Below the pieces are notes generated by a model. It saw only the letters and a program-made list of their open reading frames with translations, made no database searches and had not been told where the DNA came from. From Hydrolagus colliei (taxonomy: Eukaryota): a stretch of 64,000 bases of DNA. Shown one piece after another: positions 39,264-51,567 of this stretch. Numbering within the stretch: position 1 is the stretch's first letter; each line of letters opens with the position of its first letter. A program made the translations under genes and the position numbers. Location: NCBI GenBank assembly GCA_035084275.1, contig CM068757.1:9486001-9550000 (forward strand), given 5' to 3'.

Positions 39264-39669
39264 CTCAGCCCAAGGATGATGGCGCCCTGCACAGATTTCT
39301 AGTAAATAAACACGAACAAAACAGTTATTATCACGGAAAAGGCACAGAAGAGACTGCCACATTGACTCACTGTGTAACCAGTAAAAAAAACAAATGGGTG
39401 GGGGGCGGGTGGAGGGTGGAATCGTTGTCCACGACTCAGGCAACAGGAAGAATCCATATACAGTAATAGGCAGAATAAAGGAGGCAGTCACTTCCGTGCA
39501 TGTGTGCTGTAGTGAGCTGCTAAGGCGATGCTGTGGGAATAGGTATAAGTCGGAAGGTGTTGGGGAAAGACCAGCATCCCAGACCAGGGCGGGGGAGGTG
39601 GGAGGGGGGTCTCAAAGGACATCAGTACCAGGATCCACTGGAGAGAGGGAGAGGGCGAGAGATAACGCA
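39264..39669. promoter_or_regulatory. Candidate bidirectional promoter (dioxygenase upstream cassette / B7-H6-like gene 1)
   Basis: Divergent ATGs about 406 nt apart; Ets-like CACTTCCG (~39490) and CGGAAG (~39551); GC-box-like ggggcgggg. Confidence 0.5.
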
Positions 39670-42600
39670 ATGTGGCTGTTTGTCCTGACAGCCTGTGTCC
39701 TCTCCTCAGGTGAGATACTATTCCGAGTTCAGCATTTCGATCGAGTTACACCCGCCGGCGCGAGACGCCTTCTCCACAATCCGGAAACTTCTGCGTTTTA
39801 TTTTTTAAAGAGAAGAGAGAGAAAAAAAACCTCAGAGAAAAAAAATGCAAATGTAATATCGTTTGAAACTGAATTTGTATTGATTCAAACGGGGGGCAAT
39901 AAACAGCGGGTGGTTCAATGTGTTTCTGGCTGCCAGAGACCTTTGTTCCCGATCCCTATCTCTCTCTCTCTATCTCTCCACCTGAACTTTGTTCTGTTTT
40001 TAACGATCGACTTTTGCAATGATTCTGTTTGATCGACTGTTGCAATGATTAATAGTTCTATTATATATACTGTTTGCAATGACTCTGGGTTCCACTGTGT
40101 TCAGTGTCCAGTCGCCCTTGGGATGACCTCCCAAAGTCAAACGCGCTGCACGAATATGATTTGGTTGTTATTGTTGTTCAAGTCACTAAACTTTACAGTA
40201 AAATGCAGTGATGTGTATCTGTGTTCCTTGGAGCTGAACCGGTTCTGAGGTGCCAAGCTTGACTAGCAAGTCGCAATCCTGTGTGTCAGTCTCAGCGGTT
40301 CAGTTCCTGAGCCAAACTTTGAGCGAAAGGCAGCGTCCAACAAACAGTACTGGATTGAAAAAAAAATGTTGACCAATTTTTTTTTCAGGGATTATTATTA
40401 GGCATGTGGAGTTAAGGTAAACTTGCCCAAGGTTTCGCCCTGCCTGGAAATGAACCCAGGTTTCTCGCTGGTAAAGGCGTGCGCTCTAACCACTGAGCTC
40501 CAGGACTCCACCAATAGCCTTGAGTGTGAAGTGTGTAAATAAGAGTGTAGATAAGCTTGGGTTTGGTTTTGTAATGACACACAAAAAAACAGCTTTATAT
40601 GAAGCTGGAAACTACTGAGAGTTCACTGTTCTCTGAATGCTGTTTGGTTGTGTATGAATGCGGGTGGCGTGCGGAGATCGAACAAATTCTTTGCCTTGTA
40701 GGTGATTTCTCTTGGCTGAATCATTAATGTGACTCAAACCACTACAAGTGCAAACACAACTTCTGCCAATAATAGCAAAAGTCCTTTGATTTGGTATAAC
40801 ACCTTCTTAAACCTAACTCTTCACTGACCGCATTTTCTGATGAACCGCGTAGCATAAAGTGCCCCAGGTCTGAGGTGTATTTTGCTAATGTAATAAGAGA
40901 ACTATTTTTGGACCCTGGGCAGACAAACAACAATGTTTTACTTGTGCTTCTGGTTTACACTTATGTGCATCAGAATAAATCACATTAATGAGGGTTTCTG
41001 TAATGGTTGAAATAATTAGTATTATTCACTCACAAAACACACATTCATATGATATATTAGTTTTTATTATTAATAATCATGGAATGAATGCAGGTGAGGA
41101 TGTGGAATTTGGGATGAGCTGCAGCTTGTTGACTTGCATGAATTATACATGTTGTGGCCAAGGTGAGTTGTATTTCATGTAATCTGGCACGAAGAGAAAG
41201 ATCTGATTAAATAGTTCTATTATATATATTGTAGAACCTCCTGAGCAACACCATAACTAGTTGTTACAGGATTACATGTTTGTTGTGGGTAGGAATCTAT
41301 TCCCTCCCCCTGTGTAGTATAGTTTCATGTTACCTGTAGAGTTGTATCGTCACTTCAGTTGATAGTACTCTGGCTTGGATCAAAGACCTTGAGTTCGCAG
41401 TCCAGCTGACACTCCAATGAAGTCCTGAGGAGTACAGAATTGTTGGAAGCACCATCCTTCAAATGCAATGTCAACCCAATGCACCTATGAAGGTGGATGC
41501 TAAACATCCAGGTGGACATTGAAGTACTACAGTAAAACTTGCGTAAAGTCTTATCTTTTTAAAATTATATAATTGCCCAAGTTGTAGTTCCACTGAGCCC
41601 CATTCGGTTTCCTATTAAAATCACTTAGATTTATTTACAATAATCATGTAGCTCAGTGGTTAGAGCACTTGCCTTACGAGCGTGAGACCTGTGTTCGAAT
41701 CCAGACTGGTCAGGCCAAACCTTGGGCAAGCTTCCTTACTCCACACGCCTAATAATAATCCCTCCAAAGAAAACACAATAATAAAATTGGTCACTTCAAT
41801 CCATGACTGTTTGTGGGACACTGCTGTGCGCAATTGGCTGCCGCGTTTCACCCACAAATATACAGTCGATTCGCTTTACAGAAAATTCTGTGAAGCGATT
41901 TGAGACGCTGATAAGATGTGAAAAGCGCTATGTCAAATGCAAGGATTATTATTATAATTATCATTATTATTAACTATCTCCTAACTGGTAATACTGCTCT
42001 CCTAACCATTACTCCCAGCACTTATTGACTGCACATTGAATCGTGGGAAACATAATCTCGACCTGTCACCACATGCACATTTACCAGTTGCATCAAATTA
42101 CGCATGTGCAGTATAGCTTATGTATTAAATGTGATTTTATATGCTTTACATAGTCTGCAACTCAGACTTCGCGTTAATCATATTCAATGTTAAAGTCCCG
42201 ACTGATATCATTTCTGTTATTTTTAATTAAAAAAAGACACTCTCCCAGAGTCCTGCAAGATTCATTCTTTTTTTGAACAGTAGCATAAGATTGTTCGCGT
42301 CTACTTGAACAGGAACAGAATTTGTGAAATCTATTATCTATTGATAATGCAATAATTATGCGAATATAACTGTTTTTTCCTCCCTTGTTTTGCTGAAGAT
42401 GCTTTCGAGTTGTCTATCTTTAAGAGCCCGTTGGAAGTCTTACAGCATGAAAATGCCCTCCTGGGGTGTAAGATAACCGGCTACAGAAACGAGTCTGAGA
42501 TCGATCCAAGCAATGTCACCGTTCGGTGGTTCTTTGGGCCTGAAGGGAACAGAAAAGAAGTGTTTTCCTTCCATGGGGACAGCTACATTACAGCACGTCC

Positions 42601-45600
42601 TGGAGCCATGATGTCTGAGGGTGCTTTACGGAGAGGAGACGCTTCAATGCATCTCCCGAACGTTAAATTGGATGAAGCAGGAGAGTACACGTGTGTTGTC
42701 CTTTTGGATTCCCGTAAAAAAGAAAGGAGTTCGCGGATGCACGTGTGGGGTAAGAATCAGGGATATTATTTCTCACTATATTGATGCATGCAATATATTT
42801 GAAGCTCTTTGAGATCCCTAGAAGACGTGAAAAACGCAAGAATTATTATTATGCAATTCCGACTAACACTGGATAGTTGGGAAGGATTGAGGGAAGCATT
42901 GATGTGCATGTATACAGTATGAGATCCTGTTGACATTTATACCCTGCGTTTGGTTGCAAAGAAATGGGAGAACCAATGAGAGCTAGCAGAGAAACAGAGA
43001 GCTTCAAAAGTTATCAGGAAGATGGCAGAATAAATGGTGCAGCAGTAAGTATGGATCTTGTGCACATCACTAAAACCTTAAAGTACAATATTGATCTCCC
43101 ACCTGAGGTCTTGTTGGAGGCATGGGTTCTTGGATGAGTATGTATGTGCAAGCCTAGGTATGTGAATGTGGGTGGGTGCCAAGGTGATCTACACAGGAGA
43201 TGAAGGGATGGCATGTTGAAGTTCCTATGTAATCCTGGCTCTATCCTGCGACTGTTTTTACGGGGCTTTTCTATTTATGTTGTGAACAGCTAGACCAAGC
43301 ATCCATTTGTCACCTCTTCACATCTCCGTGGTGTCAGGCAAGGAAGCCTCTGTGCAATGCAACGTGAGTGGATTCTACCTGAGTGGCATTGACATTAGCT
43401 GGGTGGAAGTCTCCCAGGGGAAGAGCAGATCTCTCGTGGAGGGTGTCTGCAGAACAGCTCTAGTTAACAGTAGCGATGGCACGTTTACAACCTACAGCCT
43501 GCTGAAGGTCACACCTACACAGGGGGACGATGGGAATAAATACAGATGTATAGTGAGGTATAAGGCACTTCACCATGATTTCACATTGGAAGCCAGCCTC
43601 CATGTCGAAGGTACGTTCAGTGCTATGAGTTCCACAGGAGCTGTTAATTCAACATAAGCTTGTTGAACCGTGGAGGCAGAGGTGCCTGTGTCAGTGCTGT
43701 GTCACTCAGATCTCCATGACATTAGCCAGACTCAGCTGGTAGCGAACAAGAGCACAAAATTGGTTCAGATGAAGAAGGCCCTTTGGCCCATCCATGCTCA
43801 TCTCTTCAGAATGCCCTCCCATCAAAACATTAAGCTTTTTCTTAAATGAATCCTGTGTTCTGGCCTTAACCACCCTTCCTGGCAACCTGTTCCAGTCATT
43901 AATTATTTCTGAGTGAAGAAACAAATTTTGGTGTTATTCCTGAAATTGCCTTTTGGAAATCTAACCCCATGTCCTGCTGTACTAGTGCCTTGGTACATCC
44001 AAACGTATTGTTCTGGGTTTACTTTTTCAATCCCATTTAAAATGTTGCATAAGATATGTTTCTTGTCTCTGGGTCAAAATTGCCTCCAAAAAAACAGTCA
44101 CTTCACTTGCCAAGGCCCCCTGTAAAGTGGTTTGTGAGGTTCCGATAAGTAAGGAGCCATATTAATGGTTTGGGTAATCTTGGTTTGGGAGGACAGAAAA
44201 AGCTTTTCCATTGGAAGGTAATGTGGTACAAAATATTACTCACCTACGTGTTCTAAAACGGTATTATGTATTGTTTTCTGTGTTTACAAGCTGCACTGAT
44301 ATTTACACTTTCTTGTTTGATTATAGAACCACATCTAACCCCACCGGTGACTGCAATCCTCGGAATTATATTCGGCGTGCTCCTGTTTTGTATGATTTGT
44401 TTGTCTTTTGGCTTTTGTATTCACCTGAAATCATCAGGCAATGGTAAGGAGAGATCATTTTTGCTCACAATTTTCATTTCCTTGCTAACTGCTTGTTACA
44501 GGGTTGATCAATCACATCCTCTCGACAAGGGATGCCAAACCAGACAGATAAGTGCTTCATTGTCAGAGATTCCTTTCTGTGGATGAGACATTAATCCAAG
44601 CTCCTGTTAACCAGTTCAGGTTGATTTAAAAAAAACATCCCAGAGAATGAAGTCTCTCTGTGTGTCCTAGCTGCCAATCCACCAGATATGAGCCCATTCT
44701 GTTCTGCCTGATTGTGAGGCTTTGCTCTGCCTGAATTGGCTACTCCATTTGCCAACAAGTATAGTCACAACACTTTACATGAAAGACTCTGGGAAACACT
44801 TTGAGACATTTTGTTGTTGGAGGCATTGTATAAAACGTAATGATTATGATTATTATCACAACTCAAGTACAACCTTTTAAATTTATGTCCCTTGTCCTGC
44901 TTTCCTGACTTAATCTGGTCCTATATATACTTACATTGAACTCTTGTAACCCTCACATCGCTAAGGGTTATGTTTTATTTGCACACAAACATAGAACAAA
45001 TGTTGAGACTTAGACATTCAGAGGCCTTCTATTCTTGTTTCCAGATGTTTGTCTAAAGGCTAAAATGATCATAGCCCATCCTTATGCACACCTGGAAGAG
45101 GGTAATCCAGATTACTCTAGTTCTAAATACAGACCAAATCAGTCATCTGTGGTGAGGGTGCTCAAGACGGGTTGCAGGCCATTAAGGCACATACTTCATT
45201 GCTGCAGTGAAGATTCTACGCCTCGGAGAAGTGTGCCAGCAGCATCTGATGAAGTTATGATTCCTCTCCGAAGCAAACTAGAGTATTCCTGTAGTGTGGA
45301 TGTGTCCCAATGTAAAGGTAATCCCATCTCCTCCATTGCCTTTGATTCTCTTGTTTTCCAGTGTTCTGCACTGTTGAATAGGCAAATATGCTGCTGTCTC
45401 ATTCGAGGCCTAAATTTCCACCAGGCCTTAGCCTGAAATATCATTAAAAATTCATACTTGTGTGGATGTATGCAAACATTTTAAATCTAGTCTCAATTTG
45501 GCAGTTGTCTTTCCTAAATTCTTTTTTTTTAAAAAAAGTACAGTATTCAAATAAAGAGTTCTGTGTATTTCTATATGATTTTAAATTTGAAGACAAAATA

Positions 45601-47789
45601 GTTCTTACATTATTCCAGTTGGCCTGCTTGGCTGGACTACATGACAGCAGTTCAGAGCAATTTAGCCTGATAAATCATCCTCACTCAGTTTTGTAATTTT
45701 GAAGAGGGGAAGATAGATTTGTAGGAAGATTGAATGTAAATGGATCAGATTGTTCTTTGTGATTTTTTTTTCTGGAGTATAGAGAGCTACCAGCTGCTTG
45801 TAACCTTGTGCGGAGTATATTGGTCATATTTTTAACACTCAATCAATTTTGTTTCCCGAAGTTGCACCCAAGATACCGGAGATTATTGTGCCTCCTCAAG
45901 TCTTTCATCAAGAGCAAACGACTTTGACCTGTCTGGTAAACGAGTTCAAGCCAAGACCATTAGGTATCACGTGGTACCAGGTTGGGCGAGATGGTGCAAG
46001 GCTCGAGATTGCGCAGGTTGATCACCAGAGCAGAGTTGTGGTTGCCGACAACCCAAAGGCACAGAGCGCCAAATACGCTCACAACATCAGCGAGTTTATG
46101 CATGCGGATAACTCGTATATTGTCACCAGTGTGCTCATGCTCACACCGGCTGTGCAAGAAGATGATGGAACAGCTTACATCTGCAAAGTGGAACATGTTG
46201 CTACCGGTTTGGTCATGGAGAGAGCGATTGTGCTGGGCGTTAAAGGTACGAGGGAACAGTGATGCACTGATGTGTGTTGTAAACTGCCACTGGGGAAGAT
46301 ATTAATGGTGATTTAAAAAATGATCCGTTATTTTCACAAGTAGCAAAAATTCTAGTCAGTGGCAGATCTGATGAACTTTGCTGGATATTTGCTTGGCTCA
46401 GTGGTAGCATTCTTGCCTCTGAGTAAGATGGTTATGGGTTCAAATCCCAAATGAGGATTTGGAATCATATAGTCTAAGATGACACTCCAATCGGTGGTGG
46501 GAATGTGTTTCATTGACGGAGATGCTGCCTTTCAGATGAGACATTAAACCGAGGAGCCGTCTGCCTGTTCAGGTGGTTGTTAAAGATCCTATGCGCTATT
46601 TGTAAACAGAAAGGAGTTTCTTCTGGTGTCCTAGTCAACAATCCCCCAAAGAAAATCGGTCACTCGTTTCAGCACTCATTCGTGAGTGCGTGGAGCTCCT
46701 GTGGCTTAGTGGTTAGAGCACTTGTCTTGCAAGCTGGGGAGACCAAGCTGAGGAGACCTGTGTTCGAATCCAGGCAGGTCAGGGCGAAACCTTGGGCAAG
46801 TTTCTTACTCCACACGAATAATAATAATCCCTCCCAAAAAAACACAATAATAAAATTGGTCATTTCAATCCACGACTGTGTGTGGGACACTGCTGTGCGC
46901 AAATTGGCTGCCGCGATTTGCCCACAAATATATACAGTCAATTCACTTTACAGTATATTCTGTGAAGCGCTTTGGGACGTTGATAAGATGTGGAAAGCGC
47001 TATATCAAATGCAAGGATTATCATATATGATTATATATTATATTATTCATAGCCATTTGTGGACCATTACTTTCCTCTTGATATGAACCATTGTATTTAA
47101 GTTCCTAAATTTTGGGTATCACAGCTCAGGGAGAATATGTCATATTTGGAGGATGACCAGCATTGATTGACTAAATTACTGCCAAGGATGAAAGGACCAA
47201 GTGGATGGGTGGTTGTGTGTGTGTATATGTGGATGGATGGGTGAGTGCATGTGTGGATATGTCAGATCAGTCAGTCAGCCAGTCCTGGCAGAATAGACCC
47301 ACCAAATGGGCTAAATAATAAATCGCATACTTGGCATAGGGCATTTTGTGTCAGGAGGGCGCCCCAAAGTGCTTCAAAGGATACACTGTAAAGTGTAGTA
47401 ACTGCATGTTTTGTGCATTGAATGGCCTCCTCCTGTTCCTGATTAACTACAGTGGTGTTTGAAATTGTTTTTCATTCTTAGCCACTCCGAAATTGGATGC
47501 GATCTGGAAAGCATCAGGGCTGGCGATCACCAAGGAGGAACTTGTACTGAACTGCAGAATCCACTCCTTTTCCCCAAACGCTATTGGCGTTGTGTGGTGC
47601 AAGGATGGGGAGGAATTGCCCGAGAGCGTGGAGCTCAGTGATCCCATTTGTGGGAAGGATGGCCTGTATTGCTGCTTGAGCACGTTGAGATTAATGCCCA
47701 TCAAAAATGCTTTTGCCAGCACGTACACGTGCAGAGTTTACCACGAAAGTCTGGCTCAGCCCAAAGAGATGGAGTGGATCCTAGATTGA
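39670..47789 (+). CDS. NCR3LG1: B7-H6 (NCR3LG1)-like gene 1: SP-IgV-IgC1-TM followed by post-TM IgC1-like domains
   Basis: Exons 39670-39709 (signal peptide MWLFVLTACVLSS), 42399-42749 (IgV with the B7-H6-like VFSFHGD..RPGA..GDASMHLP..EAGEYTC), 43290-43610 (C1), 44327-44443 (TM), probable 45045-45317, 45862-46245 (C1), 47482-47789 (C1, TGA). All introns phase 1. About 597 aa with the probable exon. The symbol denotes family likeness, not proven orthology. Confidence 0.8.
41643..41972 (+). mobile_element. tRNA-headed SINE, same family
   Basis: gtagctcagtggttagagcacttgcc head through aaggattattatt tail. Confidence 0.85.
43700..44050 (-). mobile_element. CR1 3' fragment
   Basis: WNRLPGRVVKA..DSFKKKL motif typical of the CR1 ORF2 C-terminus. 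Confidence 0.7.
45045..45317 (+). CDS. Probable post-TM exon of B7-H6-like gene 1 (degenerate Ig-like segment)
   Basis: Polypyrimidine tract + CCAG acceptor and AAAG|GTAATC donor; 273 nt, phase 1-1, open. Contains VCLKAKMIIAHP (resembles VAPKIPEIIVPP) and YSCSV. Confidence 0.5.
45862..46245 (+). CDS. Gene 1 post-TM Ig C1-like domain A (Cys/Trp/Cys retained)
   Basis: TLTCLVNEFKPRPLGITWYQ...YICKVEH; CCGAAG acceptor, AAAG|GTACGA donor, phase 1-1. Confidence 0.85.
46383..46670 (+). mobile_element. Deu-domain SINE (AmnSINE1/SacSINE1-like)
   Basis: ggctcagtggtagc head and Deu core gatgagacattaaaccgagg..ctgcctgttcaggtgg..aaagatcc. Confidence 0.7.
46691..47035 (+). mobile_element. tRNA-headed SINE nested in an older Deu-domain SINE
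   Basis: Same family head and tail; follows directly on the Deu-SINE body at 46383-46670. Confidence 0.8.
47482..47789 (+). CDS. Gene 1 terminal post-TM Ig C1 domain B with stop codon
   Basis: LVLNCRIHSFSPNAIGVVWCKDG...YTCRVYHESLAQP-WILD*; TTCTTAG acceptor. Confidence 0.85.
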
Positions 47790-48551
47790 TTGGGTACGTG
47801 AAACAAATAACAACATTGGTGTGTTCAAGTCCACACTGATGCGTAATCTCACATGAGGCACCTCATCTAATCCCAGTCTTTTATTTACGTTCCGAACCCT
47901 TTAATCTTCCTCTCGATAAAATTGATCATCCACTTTATAGCTATTTGGAGGACTTTGCTTGTGTACATTAGCTACTGTGTTTGGTTATAAATACATAATC
48001 ACTACACTTTAGGTAATATCCTATGGTTATATCCTTTGAGTCATCTTCCTGATGTGAAAGGCCCTCGATCAAATTCAAGAATAATTATTATTTATACCGA
48101 TTACAGTCACTATGCAGAAAGCTCTGGGAGTGCATTTCGTTGCCTTTGGCATTGTTGTAATGCAAATAACTTTTTTTTATCTGTAGTCAAACCTGTTTAA
48201 GCAGCCGACTCTATTCAGCAACCACCGCTGTCAACAACCATACTGTAACAGCCTGGATATACATTCTACATGCAGCCATAATAATAATGTTTGCATGTGA
48301 TATAATGCTTTACTGCATTTTGTCTTTGAGATGTCTCAAAGTGAATTGAGATGAACCCTTACCCAGTCGCCAACAACTTGCATTTACATACTGCCCTCCA
48401 TGCCGGCGGTGTCTCAGAGTGCTTCAGAATGGCGGAGCCTAAGACTTATTTTAAGCTATTTGTTTTTTTTGACCTGCAGATTCATACAGTGAAAGTTCAA
48501 GAATTAGCACGGACTAATCCAGTGAGGGAGCAGGATCAAGAACTCAACAAC

Positions 48552-48925
48552 AACAACAACAAATTACACTTATAAAGCGCCTTTCACGTCGGGAGGACGT
48601 CCCAAGGCACTGCACAGGAGGCGTGTGACCCGAGCTGGGAGGGGAGTGTTCGGGGAGGGGTGAAACACGTAGGGGAGGTTGAAAAATTCTGGGTGGAACA
48701 AAAGGCACGGTCGAAGAGGAAAGTCTTCAAACCGGCCTTGAAAGAGGAAAGGGAAGAAACGAGACGGAGGGATTGAGGGATGGAATTCCACAAGGTGGGA
48801 GCGGAAAAACTGAAGGCCCGGCCTCCGATAGTGGGGCGGTTCGGGCGGGGGGCTTGGAGCAGGCTAAGTCCTGCTGAACGGAGGGTCCGGGTGGGCTTGT
48901 AGGGGGAGAGTAGATTGGTTAAGTA
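48552..48925 (-). mobile_element. Young L2 3' end fragment
   Basis: [30 protein letters not shown], closely matching 31160-31400. Confidence 0.85.
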
Positions 48926-50411
48926 GGGCGGGGCAATGGACTGAATGGGCTACTCTTGGCTCCTTGGTTCCAATGGGTTGCAGTTTTCTAGTTTTCTCTT
49001 TCATCTGTCTTGGAATTTTCCAGCACTTGCTTTCTGGGTGGGTAAAGGAAACTCAATGGGTAGTTTTTGTTACACAGAGAACAATCAACAGCTCTTCTGG
49101 GCCACCAGGAACGGTGGTTAAAGCTGGGATACGGAACTCCTTTAAGAAGTGGGTCTGCTTTGGGATGGGAAGATGATAGTATTTGTTTTCTGGAAAGTTG
49201 TGATCAAATGGTCAGATATTCTCTATTCAAACTTCTTTTCATTTTAAATAGGGAGCTTTGGGGGAAACATAGTTGCAATTGTTACATTTTCAAAGTTCAC
49301 TGTATATACTAATTGACTCAAGATGAGTTTTCTCAGGGGAAAGAGTTGTACATTTTTGGAATGCAAAACATCAGTTTCCATTCACATCTTTTATTTCTTG
49401 TAAATGGTGTGATTTTCTCCACATTCCATAAACAATTCCACCTAAATAACTTTGTTATCGGTCTTAAGAGTTCTAAATATTGGATAGCTAAGAACTAACA
49501 TTCTATGATCTGTATTTTACTTTGTACTCTGAATAAACACCACATGCCTTCAGCTATTACCCCACCAAGGGTCTGGAACTCCCTTCCTCACTCCCTTTGC
49601 CTTGCCTCCTCTTTTCCTACTTTCATGTCTCGGCTAAAGACCTTTCTTTTCGATCACGCTTTTGGTCACCTTCTTTCCCCTCCCCCTGGCTCGGCTATAA
49701 CAATAACGGATCCCCCTGGATCCGTTATTGTGGAGCGCTCTGAAACGCTGTCCGGCATGGAGGGCACAATATAAATTCAAGTTGGTGTTGTTGAACTGTA
49801 CATTGTAAATTTAATACAGATGTGGCGCTTATTTCCAGACCACTGTGAATTTTTTTTATTCCAGGTACATTACTGATTTAGTTCAGTCTCTTGTAATTCA
49901 GGTGAAGATAAAGGGATTGAATAGATCAACTTAAAGGTCCTGCTCTTAAATATAAATCCGTTCTTGCCCTGACACATTCTTTGCCCTCTGATCTGCTCCT
50001 TCTCCACTCCCCCGCCATACACCATACTTTAATTCACTACTCCCCCTAATGTTTGGAATTCCCTGCCGCCATACTTCTGTCTTGCCCCCAAACTAAATTC
50101 CACCTTAAAACCTATCTGCAACTCTGCTGCAGTTCATAGCATTTTTTCCCTCACAATCTTTGCAGTTTTAGGCTTGCATTCTAGGCTGGGACTCCAGTGC
50201 AGTGGTGGTGGGGTTGCAGCACTTTCAGAGGTGATGTCTTTGGAGTAAATATTAAACTTGGGTCCCATCTGAGACAGGCAGGAAGGACCAAAGTTTTACA
50301 TCTTATCTAGGGATGGGAGCTCATCTAAAGGAGAGATGAAAGCCATCCAAAGCCAGATGTACTTCAGAACCACAAAGTGACCTTGCTGTCATAAAAGAAC
50401 AAAGGGAATGA

Positions 50412-50620
50412 CGACAACAACAACAACAACAAATTACATTTATAGAGCGCCTTTCACGTCGGGAAGACGTCCCAAGGCGCTGCACAGGAGGCGTGTGACC
50501 CGAACTGGGAGGGGAGTGTTTGGGAAGGGGTGAAACACGAAGGGGAGGTCGGAAAATATGGGGTGGAACAAAAGGCACGGTCGAAGAGGAAAGTCTTCAA
50601 ACCGGCCTTGAAAGAGGAAA
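50412..50620 (-). mobile_element. Young L2 3' end fragment
   Basis: [20 protein letters not shown] plus (AAC)n tail. Confidence 0.85.
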
Positions 50621-51567
50621 TGACAAACGTGCCATTCACTCAGTGGGGTCCTTCGGGATAGCGGCTCGTACATATTGTAATCATTCAGGTTAACGGATCA
50701 TTCAGGTCATGTTCCTGAGTCTCGGGATTTTCCTGGTACAAATGTTTGCTGCCTTTGACTACAATAACAGCTCATCAAAGATCTCGAAAAGAGAAGGGAG
50801 TTTCTCCCGATCTACTGAACAACAAAATAAATATTTTGGGTGATTTGTTTCACGGCTGTGTGTGGGACATCACTGTGTGCAATTGAGTTGCCATGGCGGC
50901 CTACTTCATAGTAAATCCTGTGACGTCTCTGGAGACAATCTGCAGACGTGATAAGATGCTATGGAGCACTGTAACATATTGGTTAGAACACTCACCCCTC
51001 CCGTGAGGACCTGGGTTTGATTCCTGAGCTGGGCAAAACATTAGGCGAATTTCCTCCCTTCACACGGCTCTGTTTATCCAGCAGTAAGAAGGAACCCAGT
51101 TGCTGGTTGATCAGCGGATTGCTTATTTGGGCGTAATATTCCCCTAAAACGAAATGTGTTCACTCAATCCGTGAATGTTTGTGGGACACTCCGGTGCGCA
51201 ATTGGCTGTTGCGTTTCGCCTGCAAAATATACAGTCGATTCACTGAACAGTGTAAGCGCTCGGAGACGCCGCGCGGCCTGGAGGGCGCTCTGCAGATCAA
51301 AGTTGTTGTTGTTGTAGTCTGCGCAGTGCTTTCAGACATGTCAAAGAGGTGATAGGCTGCTAATATCAAATACAACGATCATTGAATGCATCAAATGCAA
51401 GTATTTTACTTTAACAATCACACAATTAGTCAAGATGACCCGTGAGACGTTATTGGTCCCTTTCCCCAGCCCTCCTGACTTCCCAGAAATGAGGATAACT
51501 CGGGATCCGTGTTCGCAGTTTAAAGCTAATCTGCTGTGAACACAATGATAGCGTTAAACACCATCCC

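Noticed and set aside
39394-40032. 212-aa ORF
   Set aside because: Only the 40-nt signal-peptide exon is plausible coding; the rest is promoter and intron read-through.
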